64,000 nt of DNA from a phage, in assembly GCA_019326865.1 (NCBI GenBank), contig GCA_019326865.1_4101.1; one strand, given 5' to 3'. The notes below the pieces were generated by a model, which was not told the DNA's origin, did no database searches, and saw only the letters and a list, made by a program, of their open reading frames with translations. Of this stretch, positions 52,290-62,964 are shown in pieces (the first letter of the stretch is position 1; the number at the start of each line of letters is the position of its first letter). A program made the position numbers and the translations under genes.

Positions 52290-54953
52290 TTATTGACATG
52301 CCTCCAAACGTCGAGCCATTAACTCAGCACGGCGGGTCGTTTGACGATACCAAGCCGAATTACGGATTTGTGCTGCTGCTTGTTTATAATTTCCTTTCGC
52401 TAATTCAGATAACATTGTTTTAAATTTAAGAACTCCACCTTTGCCCATTTGAAATACCATTTGACATAGAACTTGTTGTGCCATATAAGGAGTTTTCATG
52501 TTATATGATGCATAAATTGATTTAGCATCATAAATTGCTTTACTACTATCACGAACAAGCATATCATTTGCTTGTTGTTCAGTTATCCCAGAAGAAAAGT
52601 TTTCACCATTCACAATTAAGTGACCGTAACCAATAGTTGGGAAGCCACGACTATCTAAATAACGCCAGAATTTACCATTTCGATAATACCCTTTTGCTTG
52701 CTGATATTGCATAGTACCCTCATATTCCTTTAATTCGGAAATAAATTGAGAATCGCCAGGTACAATTTTCCAATCTATTGCAGTTTTATCTACATTACCG
52801 ACATTATATGTTGGTTGCACAACTGGAGTAGATGATACACCACTTCTCTGTGTTCTTTTTTTACGAGGAACATGTCGGGAGCCACGTTGTGAATAACCAG
52901 TCCCAATTGTTTTAATTTTGGTAGTAACAACCAATTCATCACTATCAACGGATGGTTGCACTACTGCTTGTGGTGAAGATTGATTTGTTGCTTGACCTGC
53001 AATCAATGTTTTATTAGCTGCGTCTGCACCAATACCAGTTTGTGATGCATAAAACAATCCTGGGTCAACTGAACCACTAAAGCCGAGTACGTTAGCTGAC
53101 GTTACACGTATTTCAAATTGCATAACACCATTTGCTTTACCAATGACCTGTCCCTTTTGAACAACATCCTTGTTTAGTAAATTAGTTTGAATATTATAAA
53201 ATATAGATTTATAACCCGATTTATGTTGTATCAAAATTCCACCATTAGTAATTACAACAACACCCCCATCTGGTGCAACAACATCTCCTTTACATTGTAT
53301 TTCCCATCCAGAACGGTCAGTCTTTCCTCCATTTTGTGTTGGTACACCTTTTCCCCAATAACCATATTGACGAATGGTCCCACTACACGGCATATACATA
53401 TGCAAACCCTCATATGTAATGCTATACCCAGTCATTCCAGTATCAGATACCATTAAATCTTGTGTTTGTACTTGTTCAGTTTCGGATGTATAATTCACAA
53501 ATTGAATAGCTTCAGTTTCTTGAGCTTCAGGTATTTCAGGCGTAACATCATTTGCAGGCTGTGGTTGAACAGGTGATTCACTTGAAATCTTCCCCCCACC
53601 TTGTCTCGGTGGTTCAACATAACTACCATGGTTTTTCGCATCAACCCATGCAACAATATCATGAATGTGTTCATTAAGGCCAGTAGATGGTGTTTTAAAG
53701 TTCGGAGCAGTAAATTCCGCTGTTCCGCTGTTTCCTCCACTATTAACTGTCAATGTTTCTCCCCCACCACTAATGATTGCAGATGATGAACCAATTAAAT
53801 TTGCGGAAGTAGAAGCAGATATAGATGCATTCGAACCTGCTGTAATATCAGTACTGCTACCACTTTGCATACGCAAGGACGCAGCAGTGACTAATCGAAG
53901 ATCAGCACCTGAATTGACCACAACTTGTCCACCAACTTTTGCATCAAGAGTTCCAATTAAATCTAATTTAGTATTGGCTCCTACGCGTGCATTAAAATCT
54001 TGACCAGTTTCAATATTATATGAACGTCCAGCAGTGATATTAATATCTTGTCCTGCACGAATATTGATATTCTTATCACAGTGCATATCAATATCCCCTT
54101 CACCAGTAAATTTTATACGGGCGGTTCCATCACGATTAATCAAAAGTACATCCCCTGTTGCTTCTGATAATAATAGTTGTGCACCACTACGTGTTTTTAT
54201 TACAACTCCTTCATTTTTTCGAGAACCAACACGTGTGTCGTTTACTGGGTTATTGAATTGTGTATCTTGATATCCATCTGGGTCTTGATCCCATGTAGGT
54301 GCAGTTAATTCCTCTTCTGTATAACCATCATCAATAATGAAACTATTTCCACGTGGGGATGACATCCCATATACAGTACTCGTTGTTTGACGAGTACTAC
54401 TTCGGTTAGCAAGACCAGCTTCTTCATCATACAAAAGGTTTTGCTTTTTAAGACCAGCAATAATTGGAACGTTTGCATATTTGTCTTGCATATCAGTAGT
54501 GATTGTGTTACGATCATAGTCAGTAACAGGAAGAGGCATATCTGTGCCGCTATAACTACTAATCTCGGTTGCCATACCAGGGACCATAGTATTCATGCGG
54601 TGGTCATATACACAACCAATCCAATACGCTTGAAATGTACGTGCCTGTGCGAAAATCACAACAACAGTGCACCCAACATCAGGCGGCACAGCCCAGAATC
54701 CATATCCTTTAGGATATTGCCCATAAGCATCTGCACTTGGAATACCTGGAGTTTTACCAGCAAAAGGAGACATATAAGATGCCTCAATCCATGATTCTTT
54801 TGAATTTTTATCGCTTTGTGAACCTTGTATCCAAACTTTTAACTTTCCAGATTTAGTTGGATCTCTATTATCCATAACTGTTGCTAATTGTGGATAAGCT
54901 GGGTCAAAACGACCCAACTGTTGTTGTGCATACTTTTTACTTGTATCTGCCAT
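52290..54953 (-). CDS. baseplate central spike / hub protein with C-terminal lysozyme domain (gp5-like)
   Basis: C-terminal lysozyme domain paralogous to 51765..52253; central S/G/T-rich beta-helix-like repeats; M23-peptidase-like segment lacking His. Confidence 0.6.
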   Translation of the reverse strand: MADTSKKYAQQQLGRFDPAYPQLATVMDNRDPTKSGKLKVWIQGSQSDKNSKESWIEASYMSPFAGKTPGIPSADAYGQYPKGYGFWAVPPDVGCTVVVIFAQARTFQAYWIGCVYDHRMNTMVPGMATEISSYSGTDMPLPVTDYDRNTITTDMQDKYANVPIIAGLKKQNLLYDEEAGLANRSSTRQTTSTVYGMSSPRGNSFIIDDGYTEEELTAPTWDQDPDGYQDTQFNNPVNDTRVGSRKNEGVVIKTRSGAQLLLSEATGDVLLINRDGTARIKFTGEGDIDMHCDKNINIRAGQDINITAGRSYNIETGQDFNARVGANTKLDLIGTLDAKVGGQVVVNSGADLRLVTAASLRMQSGSSTDITAGSNASISASTSANLIGSSSAIISGGGETLTVNSGGNSGTAEFTAPNFKTPSTGLNEHIHDIVAWVDAKNHGSYVEPPRQGGGKISSESPVQPQPANDVTPEIPEAQETEAIQFVNYTSETEQVQTQDLMVSDTGMTGYSITYEGLHMYMPCSGTIRQYGYWGKGVPTQNGGKTDRSGWEIQCKGDVVAPDGGVVVITNGGILIQHKSGYKSIFYNIQTNLLNKDVVQKGQVIGKANGVMQFEIRVTSANVLGFSGSVDPGLFYASQTGIGADAANKTLIAGQATNQSSPQAVVQPSVDSDELVVTTKIKTIGTGYSQRGSRHVPRKKRTQRSGVSSTPVVQPTYNVGNVDKTAIDWKIVPGDSQFISELKEYEGTMQYQQAKGYYRNGKFWRYLDSRGFPTIGYGHLIVNGENFSSGITEQQANDMLVRDSSKAIYDAKSIYASYNMKTPYMAQQVLCQMVFQMGKGGVLKFKTMLSELAKGNYKQAAAQIRNSAWYRQTTRRAELMARRLEACQ

Positions 54954-54964
54954 ATTTTTATTCC

Positions 54965-57214
54965 TTAGTCAACTATACTATCGTGACGTTTAAGTGCACG
55001 GATTACTATTGCAGCTTGAATTTGTTGTGTAAAAGAACCACCTGCACCAAAATCATGAACGATTTTATTAACACGATAAATTGTTTGATTAAACGTAGTT
55101 GGTGTATTGATATCCAATACTCCAGTGTTATCATTAATTGATACTACTGGTTGTAATTTTAATAATAGATATGCTTCAGATGTTATGTAGTTTGCTACAT
55201 GATAATCATCTGGATTAATTTCCATATCTTCACCATTAATTACTTGCTCTAGATATTGTAAGTACGAGTAATCACTCCATCCTAACCAATATGGATCACC
55301 AACTACACGCATATCAAGTTTACACAAAAAAGGTCTATTGTAATAGTTGTCACGTATTTTACGTCTGTCCATTTCATATGTACTGCTGTTATCGTTTAAC
55401 GAAGCTGATAACGTCGTTTCATTATTAGTTGCTTCAGTAGGCATAGTAAATACTTCACCATAACGATGACCTACGCCATCTGTTCCTTCATCGTTTTCTT
55501 CATATGTAGTGACATAATCTTCAATATATTGTGGTAACACATTTACTTGATAATTATTATAACGGTCTTGTTCTTCGGCGTTACCGACCTGCATTTGGTT
55601 TTTAGCCAACGTATCAATTTCCGTCAATAAATCTTGTTGATCTTTTGTTAACATCCCACCCATATCACGTGTTACACGCAAATCACTTGTTTTTGCCCAT
55701 GCATCTGGTATACTATTATATTGCACACCTTGTATATTCAATTCTTGGGAGTTATGTGTACCAGAATGGTTTGCCACGTCTTGAATTGGTCCTGGATTAC
55801 GGGTTGTTGCTACGAAAAATTGTTGGTCAAATTTCAAATCCAAATCAATTATCTCACTATTAAGACCACTAAACTGATAATTGTAAGTTTTTATATTTAA
55901 TTTTGGTTTTTGATCGATAGGATCTACATATTTTTCCGCATTCTCAAAGAAATACTCAAATGTGAAATTTTCTGGTTGCAAATCAGATTCATGTACAATA
56001 TCACCTATCTTAAATTTAACTATATAAAAAATAACTTTATAAACTGAAGTGTTACGATAATTATCAAAACCTATATATTGTTTTATTGGTATAATATTAA
56101 CAAATTGTCGTACACTGGTGCTCTCATCTGCTTGTACTGTGCAAGTATCAATAACATCATCAATAATTCTGGATATAGGAGTACTGGGGTTCCATGAAAA
56201 GTTTTTAGAACCTTGAGTTCCACTTTTAGTAGTTCCGGCTTCTGCCATTTGTTTAGAATCATAATTTATAAACAAATCTTGTAAATCAGGAGCAACTTTA
56301 AATTCAAAAAATTTACCATCAGATAATTCGCCAAATTTATATCTAAGATATCCATATTGTTGGTCAGCCATCTGATTTAATTTATCTTCCAAATCAAAAC
56401 AGAAATCACCAAAGTTTTCAGCCGTACAATTAAATGGTTCTTTTAGTGTCCATTCAATATTATCAACCAATGCTGCTCTATTATGAACTAAACTCATAGA
56501 ATACATCATAGTGCTTCCACTTTGAGATGCACTTGCCGTTATACTATTAATTTTAACTGACCATCTTCGTGTTGTTTCTGGGATAATTTCAGGGATTCCA
56601 TTCTTATTAAAACCAATGAATTTTAATTCCAATATTAACGGTAAGTCCATGAATTTGTGAAATCTAAGTTTATTACTTAACGATATTAGTTCATCATATA
56701 GACTCATACTATTATTTTCAGACATATTAAGAACTGCCGTATTGAAACAATAGTTAGTTGTCATTCCAGGTGTGGATGGCCCAGCTTGCGTCATTTGTAC
56801 ACTTGTGATATTATATTTTCCACTAACACCACTTTCAGATATAACATGACGCTGTACGTCGGCATCTGGATAAAGCCAAAAATTTTTAAAATCATCCTTA
56901 TCTAACGCAAACAAACAAAAATGCCAAGTTGGATTATCATATTTTAATAGTTTGTTGTTGTATGGTATTACAAATTGACTTAAATCTAAATCTTCATAAA
57001 CTTGTTCCACACCAGCACTCTGTGATGGCAATGACTCAACATTACTAACATTTGCTTTATAGTTATTTTTTGTAATAGCTTTCACATCATTTTGTAATGT
57101 ATTAGCGGTAGCTTTCAAACTATCCAGTGAATTAGATGCAGTTGCTTTTGTCTTCTTATTAATACTTGAAATATCATTTTGAAAATTATCAACTGTACTT
57201 CGTAAATCTGCCAT
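54965..57214 (-). CDS. baseplate/tail structural protein (hub candidate)
   Basis: 749-aa ORF within baseplate operon. Confidence 0.45.
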   Translation of the reverse strand: MADLRSTVDNFQNDISSINKKTKATASNSLDSLKATANTLQNDVKAITKNNYKANVSNVESLPSQSAGVEQVYEDLDLSQFVIPYNNKLLKYDNPTWHFCLFALDKDDFKNFWLYPDADVQRHVISESGVSGKYNITSVQMTQAGPSTPGMTTNYCFNTAVLNMSENNSMSLYDELISLSNKLRFHKFMDLPLILELKFIGFNKNGIPEIIPETTRRWSVKINSITASASQSGSTMMYSMSLVHNRAALVDNIEWTLKEPFNCTAENFGDFCFDLEDKLNQMADQQYGYLRYKFGELSDGKFFEFKVAPDLQDLFINYDSKQMAEAGTTKSGTQGSKNFSWNPSTPISRIIDDVIDTCTVQADESTSVRQFVNIIPIKQYIGFDNYRNTSVYKVIFYIVKFKIGDIVHESDLQPENFTFEYFFENAEKYVDPIDQKPKLNIKTYNYQFSGLNSEIIDLDLKFDQQFFVATTRNPGPIQDVANHSGTHNSQELNIQGVQYNSIPDAWAKTSDLRVTRDMGGMLTKDQQDLLTEIDTLAKNQMQVGNAEEQDRYNNYQVNVLPQYIEDYVTTYEENDEGTDGVGHRYGEVFTMPTEATNNETTLSASLNDNSSTYEMDRRKIRDNYYNRPFLCKLDMRVVGDPYWLGWSDYSYLQYLEQVINGEDMEINPDDYHVANYITSEAYLLLKLQPVVSINDNTGVLDINTPTTFNQTIYRVNKIVHDFGAGGSFTQQIQAAIVIRALKRHDSIVD

Positions 57215-57225
57215 GTGTTACTCCA

Positions 57226-57540
57226 TTAGCCTATGTTTCGAGTACCATTAAGATAGTTTTGTACTCTTTGATTTGCTGGTATTCTAATTGTTACTCCACT
57301 TTTAAAATTATATATAGGATCTTCTCCTAATATATCTGGATTTAACAATGCAAAAATATAATATAAACGTTCATTGCCATACATCTCGTATGCTAAACGC
57401 CAAGGTTGATATTCATACTTCAATGGGATCTCATAAAAATCATCAGTATCAGCAGGAACTATATCTCGTGGTAAATTATAACCAAGATACCAAGATTGCT
57501 TCACCTTAGCATAAGGCGAATATTGACTATAGTTGGACAT
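57226..57540 (-). CDS. LysM-like small baseplate protein (tail protein X / gp53-like)
   Basis: Motif YQPWRLAYEMYGNERLYYIFALLNPDI resembles LysM; 1-nt overlap (TTAATG) with upstream gene. Confidence 0.4.
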   Translation of the reverse strand: MSNYSQYSPYAKVKQSWYLGYNLPRDIVPADTDDFYEIPLKYEYQPWRLAYEMYGNERLYYIFALLNPDILGEDPIYNFKSGVTIRIPANQRVQNYLNGTRNIG

Positions 57541-58271
57541 TAAATAAATCCTCCTTTGCGTAATAGTTCACCTCGTTTAAATGCATTGAGGTTGAACGTT
57601 TTAGTCATATAATCAGATGTCGGTTGTTCTTCAAGTTGTAACATAACTAATATTTTTTGAGGAACCCAAACTTCATCTTGTGGATTCATATATCCAGTAC
57701 TTCTAAGTTGTTCGAAGAATTTTCTACTATCCATGTCTGATAAATTAAAAGTACTGTCACTACTATCCAAAGGAACTTGAATATAAGAAACATCATTAGG
57801 ATATGTAAAATTATAAGATTTTAAAATTACAGGAATATCATTATATGTGTAACGACCATATCCACTCAAAAGTAAAATTGGTGGTGGTGCACCAGCAATT
57901 GCCAATTCGGGGTTATTAGCAGATGCTGCTTGTCTACCAAAATCCATCAATGAAACCGAACGTATAAAATGAACACATGCCAACGCATACATGGCTTCTG
58001 CTGCTGTATTGGCATAAAACTCACCCTGAATAGTGAAAACAGTATTGGTGGTGTTTTTGTAGTTGTTATAGTTACTGTTGGTATGTATAGGTGACTGTGT
58101 TTCATACTGAACTGACCTTTGTTCAGTAATTGTTGGTGTTACAGTCCAAACCAACCCATTAGTTGGACGCAGAAACGAAAGTAGAGTTGGTTCGGAGCTA
58201 TCCCCGAAATCACCATATACATAGTTAGCACCTGCGGCTTTAGGTCGTAATCGAATTCTACGATCAATCAT
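57540..58271 (-). CDS. hypothetical baseplate-module protein (start placed at internal ATG with RBS; listed ORF extends to 58328)
   Basis: RBS ggag 9 nt before ATG at 58271; TATAAATA motif lies inside the listed N-terminal extension. Confidence 0.45.
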   Translation of the reverse strand: MIDRRIRLRPKAAGANYVYGDFGDSSEPTLLSFLRPTNGLVWTVTPTITEQRSVQYETQSPIHTNSNYNNYKNTTNTVFTIQGEFYANTAAEAMYALACVHFIRSVSLMDFGRQAASANNPELAIAGAPPPILLLSGYGRYTYNDIPVILKSYNFTYPNDVSYIQVPLDSSDSTFNLSDMDSRKFFEQLRSTGYMNPQDEVWVPQKILVMLQLEEQPTSDYMTKTFNLNAFKRGELLRKGGFI

Positions 58272-58305
58272 CTTTTGATTCTCCATCATAAGGGAACATT
58301 TGATG

Positions 58306-58313
58306 TATTTATA
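58306..58313 (-). promoter_or_regulatory. T4-late-type promoter motif TATAAATA (minus strand)
   Basis: Exact TATAAATA ~35 nt upstream of proposed start 58271. Confidence 0.4.
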
Positions 58314-58401
58314 CGTGGGACAAATCACTTTTTAGTGCTATAATAACATTGATGGTACAAGGATTGTATCTATTGGATTTAAACATGGAGAGTTGAATAT
58401 A

Positions 58402-59241
58402 ATGACAAATAGACCAAAGCGTAAAAAGTATCTCAATAATGCTGATTTACTTCGTGAAATACAAAAAAGTAAGATTTCATATTGCTGGTTATTAGACAAA
58501 TCATATAGTATGTATGATTATATCGTTTTTCATGAGTCAGAAATTACTGCTGAGTTACTTGAAAAAGCAAAAGCAGCACGAATTAAACGACTTAATAATG
58601 AAATGCTTGATAGTATTCGTGCAAAGGAAAATATGAGTGCTAAAAAAGCGAAAGAATATGCAGAAGAAAATAATCTCGTTATTACTGATGTTCCAATTGA
58701 TGAAGTAGTTATTCGTGTTATAACAGATGAACACATCCCACCAGATACTAGAGTTAATTTTGAACCTTTCAAACATTACATTGTAGATAGTGAAGGTATT
58801 CTTTATGAAGTATGTCGTTCTCATTGGAAAGGTGATCTTGAATCTGGGGAATTTAGTGCTGTTCATGGTAAAATTACAAATGAACTAGGGAAAATGTTCA
58901 TTAAACTTGCAGAGGAAATCTCACATAAATCTAATTATCGAAACTATACATACTTAGATGAAATGATGGGTGATGCAAGAATACAATTAGTTAAAAATGC
59001 ACTTCTCTTTAAAGAGAGCATTCTTTATAAAAAAGACAAACCCGCTGTACAACTAAATCCTTTCTCTTACTATACATCATTCGTAAACAATAGTTTTCGT
59101 TCAATTTTGAATAGTGAGAAAAATGTTCGAAATATACGTGATGATTTACTTGAAATGCATGGTTTTACTCCATCACATACACGTCAAATTGAAATTGAAT
59201 TGAACATGATTGAAAGGAAAAATGAAGATGGCACTGTTTGA
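58402..59241 (+). CDS. late-transcription sigma factor (gp55-like) with internal insertion
   Basis: N-terminus KKYLNNADLLREIQ and region HGKITNELGKMFIKLAEEIS resemble T4 gp55 as recalled; sits next to gp47/gp46-like genes as in T4; RBS ggag before ATG 58402. Confidence 0.5.
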   Translation: MTNRPKRKKYLNNADLLREIQKSKISYCWLLDKSYSMYDYIVFHESEITAELLEKAKAARIKRLNNEMLDSIRAKENMSAKKAKEYAEENNLVITDVPIDEVVIRVITDEHIPPDTRVNFEPFKHYIVDSEGILYEVCRSHWKGDLESGEFSAVHGKITNELGKMFIKLAEEISHKSNYRNYTYLDEMMGDARIQLVKNALLFKESILYKKDKPAVQLNPFSYYTSFVNNSFRSILNSEKNVRNIRDDLLEMHGFTPSHTRQIEIELNMIERKNEDGTV

Positions 59242-60259
59242 TAAAGCAATTACATTCACTGATATTCATTTAGGATTAAAGAATAACAGCAAGCAGCATA
59301 ATGAAGATTGTTTAAACTTCATTAAATTTATGATTGATGTAGCTAAAAAAAATAATATTAAAGTTTGTGTTTTTATGGGTGATTATTTTCACAATAGAAG
59401 TAATATAAATATCCAAACACTAAACTATGGTTTACAAATACTCCAATTACTAAATGATAATTTTGAAAAAGTTTATTTTCTCGTCGGGAACCATGATATG
59501 TATCACAAAAACAAACGTGATATAACAAGTATCAATATGGCCCAAGTTTATGAAAATATAGAATTCATTAACGAAATTACAACAATTGATGATTGTACTT
59601 TTATTCCTTTTATGATTGAAGATGAATATAAGTTATTACCACAACTAAAAAGTAAGTATGTTTTTGGACACCTAGAATTACCAGGTTACTTACTTAACAA
59701 AATGGTCGAAATGCCCGACCATGGTAAAGAAACAGAAGGTTCTTTTGGTGGTTGTGAGTATGTTTTTAGTGGGCATTTTCATAAGAGACAATCAAAAACA
59801 ACATCAAAGGGAACTCGTGTAGTTTATACTGGTAATTGTTTCCCACATAATTTTTCCGATACATGGGATGATGCAAGAGGTGTGATGATTTTAGAACATG
59901 GAAAAGAACCAATTTTCAATTCTTGGACAGAAGCACCAAAATATAGAACATTTACACTTTCAGAACTTTTGACTGACCCAAGTTATTATCTTCAAGAGAA
60001 TACAATTTCAAAGGTTCAAGTTGATATTGCGATAACTACAGATGAAATTAGTTTTATTCGTGATACTTTTACTAAACTTTATAACATACGTGAATTTAAC
60101 GTAGTTACTAGTAAACAAAGTATATCAGAATTGATTGAAGATGGTAAAAGCTTTGAAAGTACTGAGTCAGTTGATGAGATTGTTTTACAACAAATTATGG
60201 AAATTGATTCACCAATGTTCGATAAAAATCTTCTAATCCAAATTTACAGATCGCTATAA
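59222..60259 (+). CDS. Mre11/SbcD-like nuclease (gp47-like)
   Basis: Phosphoesterase motifs DIHLG, GDYFH, GNHDM, GHLE, SGHFH; RBS aagga; overlaps upstream gene. Confidence 0.85.
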   Translation: MKMALFDKAITFTDIHLGLKNNSKQHNEDCLNFIKFMIDVAKKNNIKVCVFMGDYFHNRSNINIQTLNYGLQILQLLNDNFEKVYFLVGNHDMYHKNKRDITSINMAQVYENIEFINEITTIDDCTFIPFMIEDEYKLLPQLKSKYVFGHLELPGYLLNKMVEMPDHGKETEGSFGGCEYVFSGHFHKRQSKTTSKGTRVVYTGNCFPHNFSDTWDDARGVMILEHGKEPIFNSWTEAPKYRTFTLSELLTDPSYYLQENTISKVQVDIAITTDEISFIRDTFTKLYNIREFNVVTSKQSISELIEDGKSFESTESVDEIVLQQIMEIDSPMFDKNLLIQIYRSL

Positions 60260-60267
60260 GGGAATAT

Positions 60268-62415
60268 ATGCTAAACATTACACGTATATCAATGAGGAAC
60301 TTCTTTTCATTTGGGAACGCACCACAATCAATAGAATTGAATAGTTCTGATATTTCATTAGTTCTTGGGCAAAATAATGATGCAGTTATTGAAGGTGGTG
60401 ATAGCACTGGACGACGAAATGGAGTAGGGAAAAGTGCTATTATTCAAGGATTAGTTTTTGGCTTATTTGGGAAAAGTATTGGTAATGATATTAAAATTCC
60501 CAACCTAGTCAACAAAACTAATGGCAAAAATTGTGAAGTAGTTATAGAGTTTGAAAAAGATGGTGTGCAATATATAGTTGAGCGTGGGAGAAGTCCTACG
60601 TATTTCAATTTTATAACATTAGGAAAAGATAATAAGATTGAAGATGAATCGAGAGGTGAAAAAAAAGACACACAAGAAGATTTGAATGAAATTCTTGGAA
60701 TATCTCAATTATTATTTGAACATATTGTAGTTCTTAATGCGAACGTAGAACCGTTTTTGGCTTTATCATCTCAAAAACAACGTGATATGATAGAAGAACT
60801 TCTTGGAATAACACAGTTGACTGAAAAAGCTGAAATTCTAAAGGAGATGTACAAGGATACTAAACGTTTAGCCGAACAAGAAAAGTTCAAAAATGAAACT
60901 GTGGCTGCAAGCAATGAACGCATTCAAAAAAGTATTGAAGTACTTCAAGAACAGGCTAACCAATTTGAGATTGATAAAAGTAATAGAGTATCTAAGCTAA
61001 ATGAAGAGTTGAATATATATAAAACTTTAGATTTCAATGATCTCTACCAAGCTGCTGAAGAGAAAGAGAAAGCTCTTATTCATAACGCAAAGCGTGGTGA
61101 AATTGAACGCCGTGTACAAGAGTTGGCTTTAAAATATGATGCTTATGAACGTGAACTTGAAACGTCCAAACGAGTGTTAAATCTAAGCATTGATAATTTA
61201 AAAACGATTGATATTAGTTCGGAATTGGAAAATCACAAGGAGTTGGAAATATGGAAACAGTTAGAGGCTATTCTTAAAGAGAATAATAATCAAAAACGTT
61301 TCAAAGAACAAAAGCTCAACTCACTAAAAGTTGCGTTGAATGGATATAAATGTTCAATTAATACTGAAATCGATAAATTATCAACAGTTGAAAGCAGTAA
61401 ATGTCCACTTTGTATGTCTGATTTGGAACATAACGAACATACATCTTCAATTAAAGACAAAATTCAAAGTTCTATTAGTGATCTTCAAACCAAAATTGAT
61501 AGTTCTTCTTCAGAAATTGAAACATTACTTAAAGAAATTGAGAGTATTGAGATTTTTGATATGCCACCTAAACCAGTGACATACTATAATACACTTTCAG
61601 AAGCACAAATGCATGAACATAAGCTTCAAGAACTGATTAAAAAGAGCGAAGAAGAACCAATAAACATCTATGCTAACGAACTTATGTCATCATATGATGA
61701 ACTTAACTCATATGAACTAATGGAAGTACCAGATACATTAAACAAGTACGAAGTTAAAGAGATAGAAATGACCGTAAGCTCGTTATCACAGCAATTAGAA
61801 CGTGAATTGAAGACTACTAACACTTTTATTAGCCAAATTAACACCCTTAAGACAGATTCTTTAGTTACAATAGACTATAGTGACTATAATAATCTTGATA
61901 AAATGTCAAATCACCAAGATTTTTTGGTTAAATTACTATTGAACAAGGATTCTTATGTCCGTAAGCGTATTATTGAGCAAAATATCTCATATTTGAATAC
62001 ACGACTTCAGTATTATATCGATATGTGCGGTTCTGAGCACAATGTTGTGTTTTTGAATGATTTGAGTGTTGAAATTGAGAAAAGTGGGCAGTACTTTGAC
62101 TATAAACAGCTTAGTAGGGGTGAGCGTACAAGGGTAAACATCGCATTATCTTGTGCTTTCCGTGATACATATGAGTCATTATACCAAAGTATTAATATTC
62201 TTATCATTGATGAGATGATTGACCAAGGTCTTGACTCAAGTGGTGTTCTACGTGTGTGGTCTATCTTCCAAGATATGGCTGCTGTACGTGGTAAGAATGT
62301 TTATGCTATTTCCCACAGAGAAGAGTTACTTTCTAAGACTGAAAAAATCCTCAAAGTTGTTAAAGAGGACGGATTCAGTACTGTTGAATATGCAACTCTT
62401 GATGATGTTTTCTAA
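60268..62415 (+). CDS. Rad50/SbcC-like ATPase (gp46-like)
   Basis: Walker A GRRNGVGKSAI, zinc hook CPLC, long coiled-coil middle, signature LSRGERTRV, Walker B LIIDEMIDQGLD. Confidence 0.85.
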   Translation: MLNITRISMRNFFSFGNAPQSIELNSSDISLVLGQNNDAVIEGGDSTGRRNGVGKSAIIQGLVFGLFGKSIGNDIKIPNLVNKTNGKNCEVVIEFEKDGVQYIVERGRSPTYFNFITLGKDNKIEDESRGEKKDTQEDLNEILGISQLLFEHIVVLNANVEPFLALSSQKQRDMIEELLGITQLTEKAEILKEMYKDTKRLAEQEKFKNETVAASNERIQKSIEVLQEQANQFEIDKSNRVSKLNEELNIYKTLDFNDLYQAAEEKEKALIHNAKRGEIERRVQELALKYDAYERELETSKRVLNLSIDNLKTIDISSELENHKELEIWKQLEAILKENNNQKRFKEQKLNSLKVALNGYKCSINTEIDKLSTVESSKCPLCMSDLEHNEHTSSIKDKIQSSISDLQTKIDSSSSEIETLLKEIESIEIFDMPPKPVTYYNTLSEAQMHEHKLQELIKKSEEEPINIYANELMSSYDELNSYELMEVPDTLNKYEVKEIEMTVSSLSQQLERELKTTNTFISQINTLKTDSLVTIDYSDYNNLDKMSNHQDFLVKLLLNKDSYVRKRIIEQNISYLNTRLQYYIDMCGSEHNVVFLNDLSVEIEKSGQYFDYKQLSRGERTRVNIALSCAFRDTYESLYQSINILIIDEMIDQGLDSSGVLRVWSIFQDMAAVRGKNVYAISHREELLSKTEKILKVVKEDGFSTVEYATLDDVF

Positions 62416-62427
62416 TTAAAAGATAAA

Positions 62428-62450
62428 GGGAGCCTTAGCTCCCTTTTTTT
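62428..62450. terminator. bidirectional intrinsic terminator (gggagc-ctta-gctccc + T7)
   Basis: Perfect 6-bp stem between convergent genes; stop codon of minus gene lies in loop. Confidence 0.75.
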
Positions 62451-62926
62451 ACATCAACCATATTTAATTTACCGTCCTTAATCAGCTTTCTAGCTTGTTT
62501 TGCACGAGTAGAAGTGTTACTGCCAGGGACAACTCCGAACCCTTCCAGAATCTCGTTTTGCTGCGTTGCTGGGAGCCTTTTAAATTTATTAGTATCCACT
62601 GTTAGTGCCGTGTGATGTATAACTTGCTCTTCTGGTGGAATATTATTGTTCTTTTCAAGGTAGTCAGCAAGGTTGCGTAGTACTTCATGTAATGGCTTAT
62701 CTGTTAAATGACTAAGACAGCGTTTAAATGAATTTGCAACCCTTCCTTCCCATCCATTCACCTCATTTTGAAGAACCTGTCTACAATGTTGATTTCCACC
62801 ATGATAGTGATCCAGTACTGGTTTAGTTATTTTTATGCCTATGATGGGGTCAATGCCATTTTGTTTCTTTAGCAATTCATTTCGATAGTTTGCAGCATCC
62901 TTACTATCTTTTAATCTTTTTTTCAT
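62435..62926 (-). CDS. endonuclease VII-like / His-Me finger nuclease (gp49-like)
   Basis: Motif LDHYHGGNQHC...NEVNG resembles T4 endo VII LDHDHELNG region as recalled; length ~160 aa. Confidence 0.4.
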   Translation of the reverse strand: MKKRLKDSKDAANYRNELLKKQNGIDPIIGIKITKPVLDHYHGGNQHCRQVLQNEVNGWEGRVANSFKRCLSHLTDKPLHEVLRNLADYLEKNNNIPPEEQVIHHTALTVDTNKFKRLPATQQNEILEGFGVVPGSNTSTRAKQARKLIKDGKLNMVDVKKGS

Positions 62927-62956
62927 AATTCCTCACCAAACTATTTGTCATCACAA

Positions 62957-62964
62957 TATTTATA
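62957..62964 (-). promoter_or_regulatory. T4-late-type promoter motif TATAAATA (minus strand)
   Basis: Exact TATAAATA ~30 nt upstream of start of 62435..62926, followed by RBS gaggaa. Confidence 0.45.
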
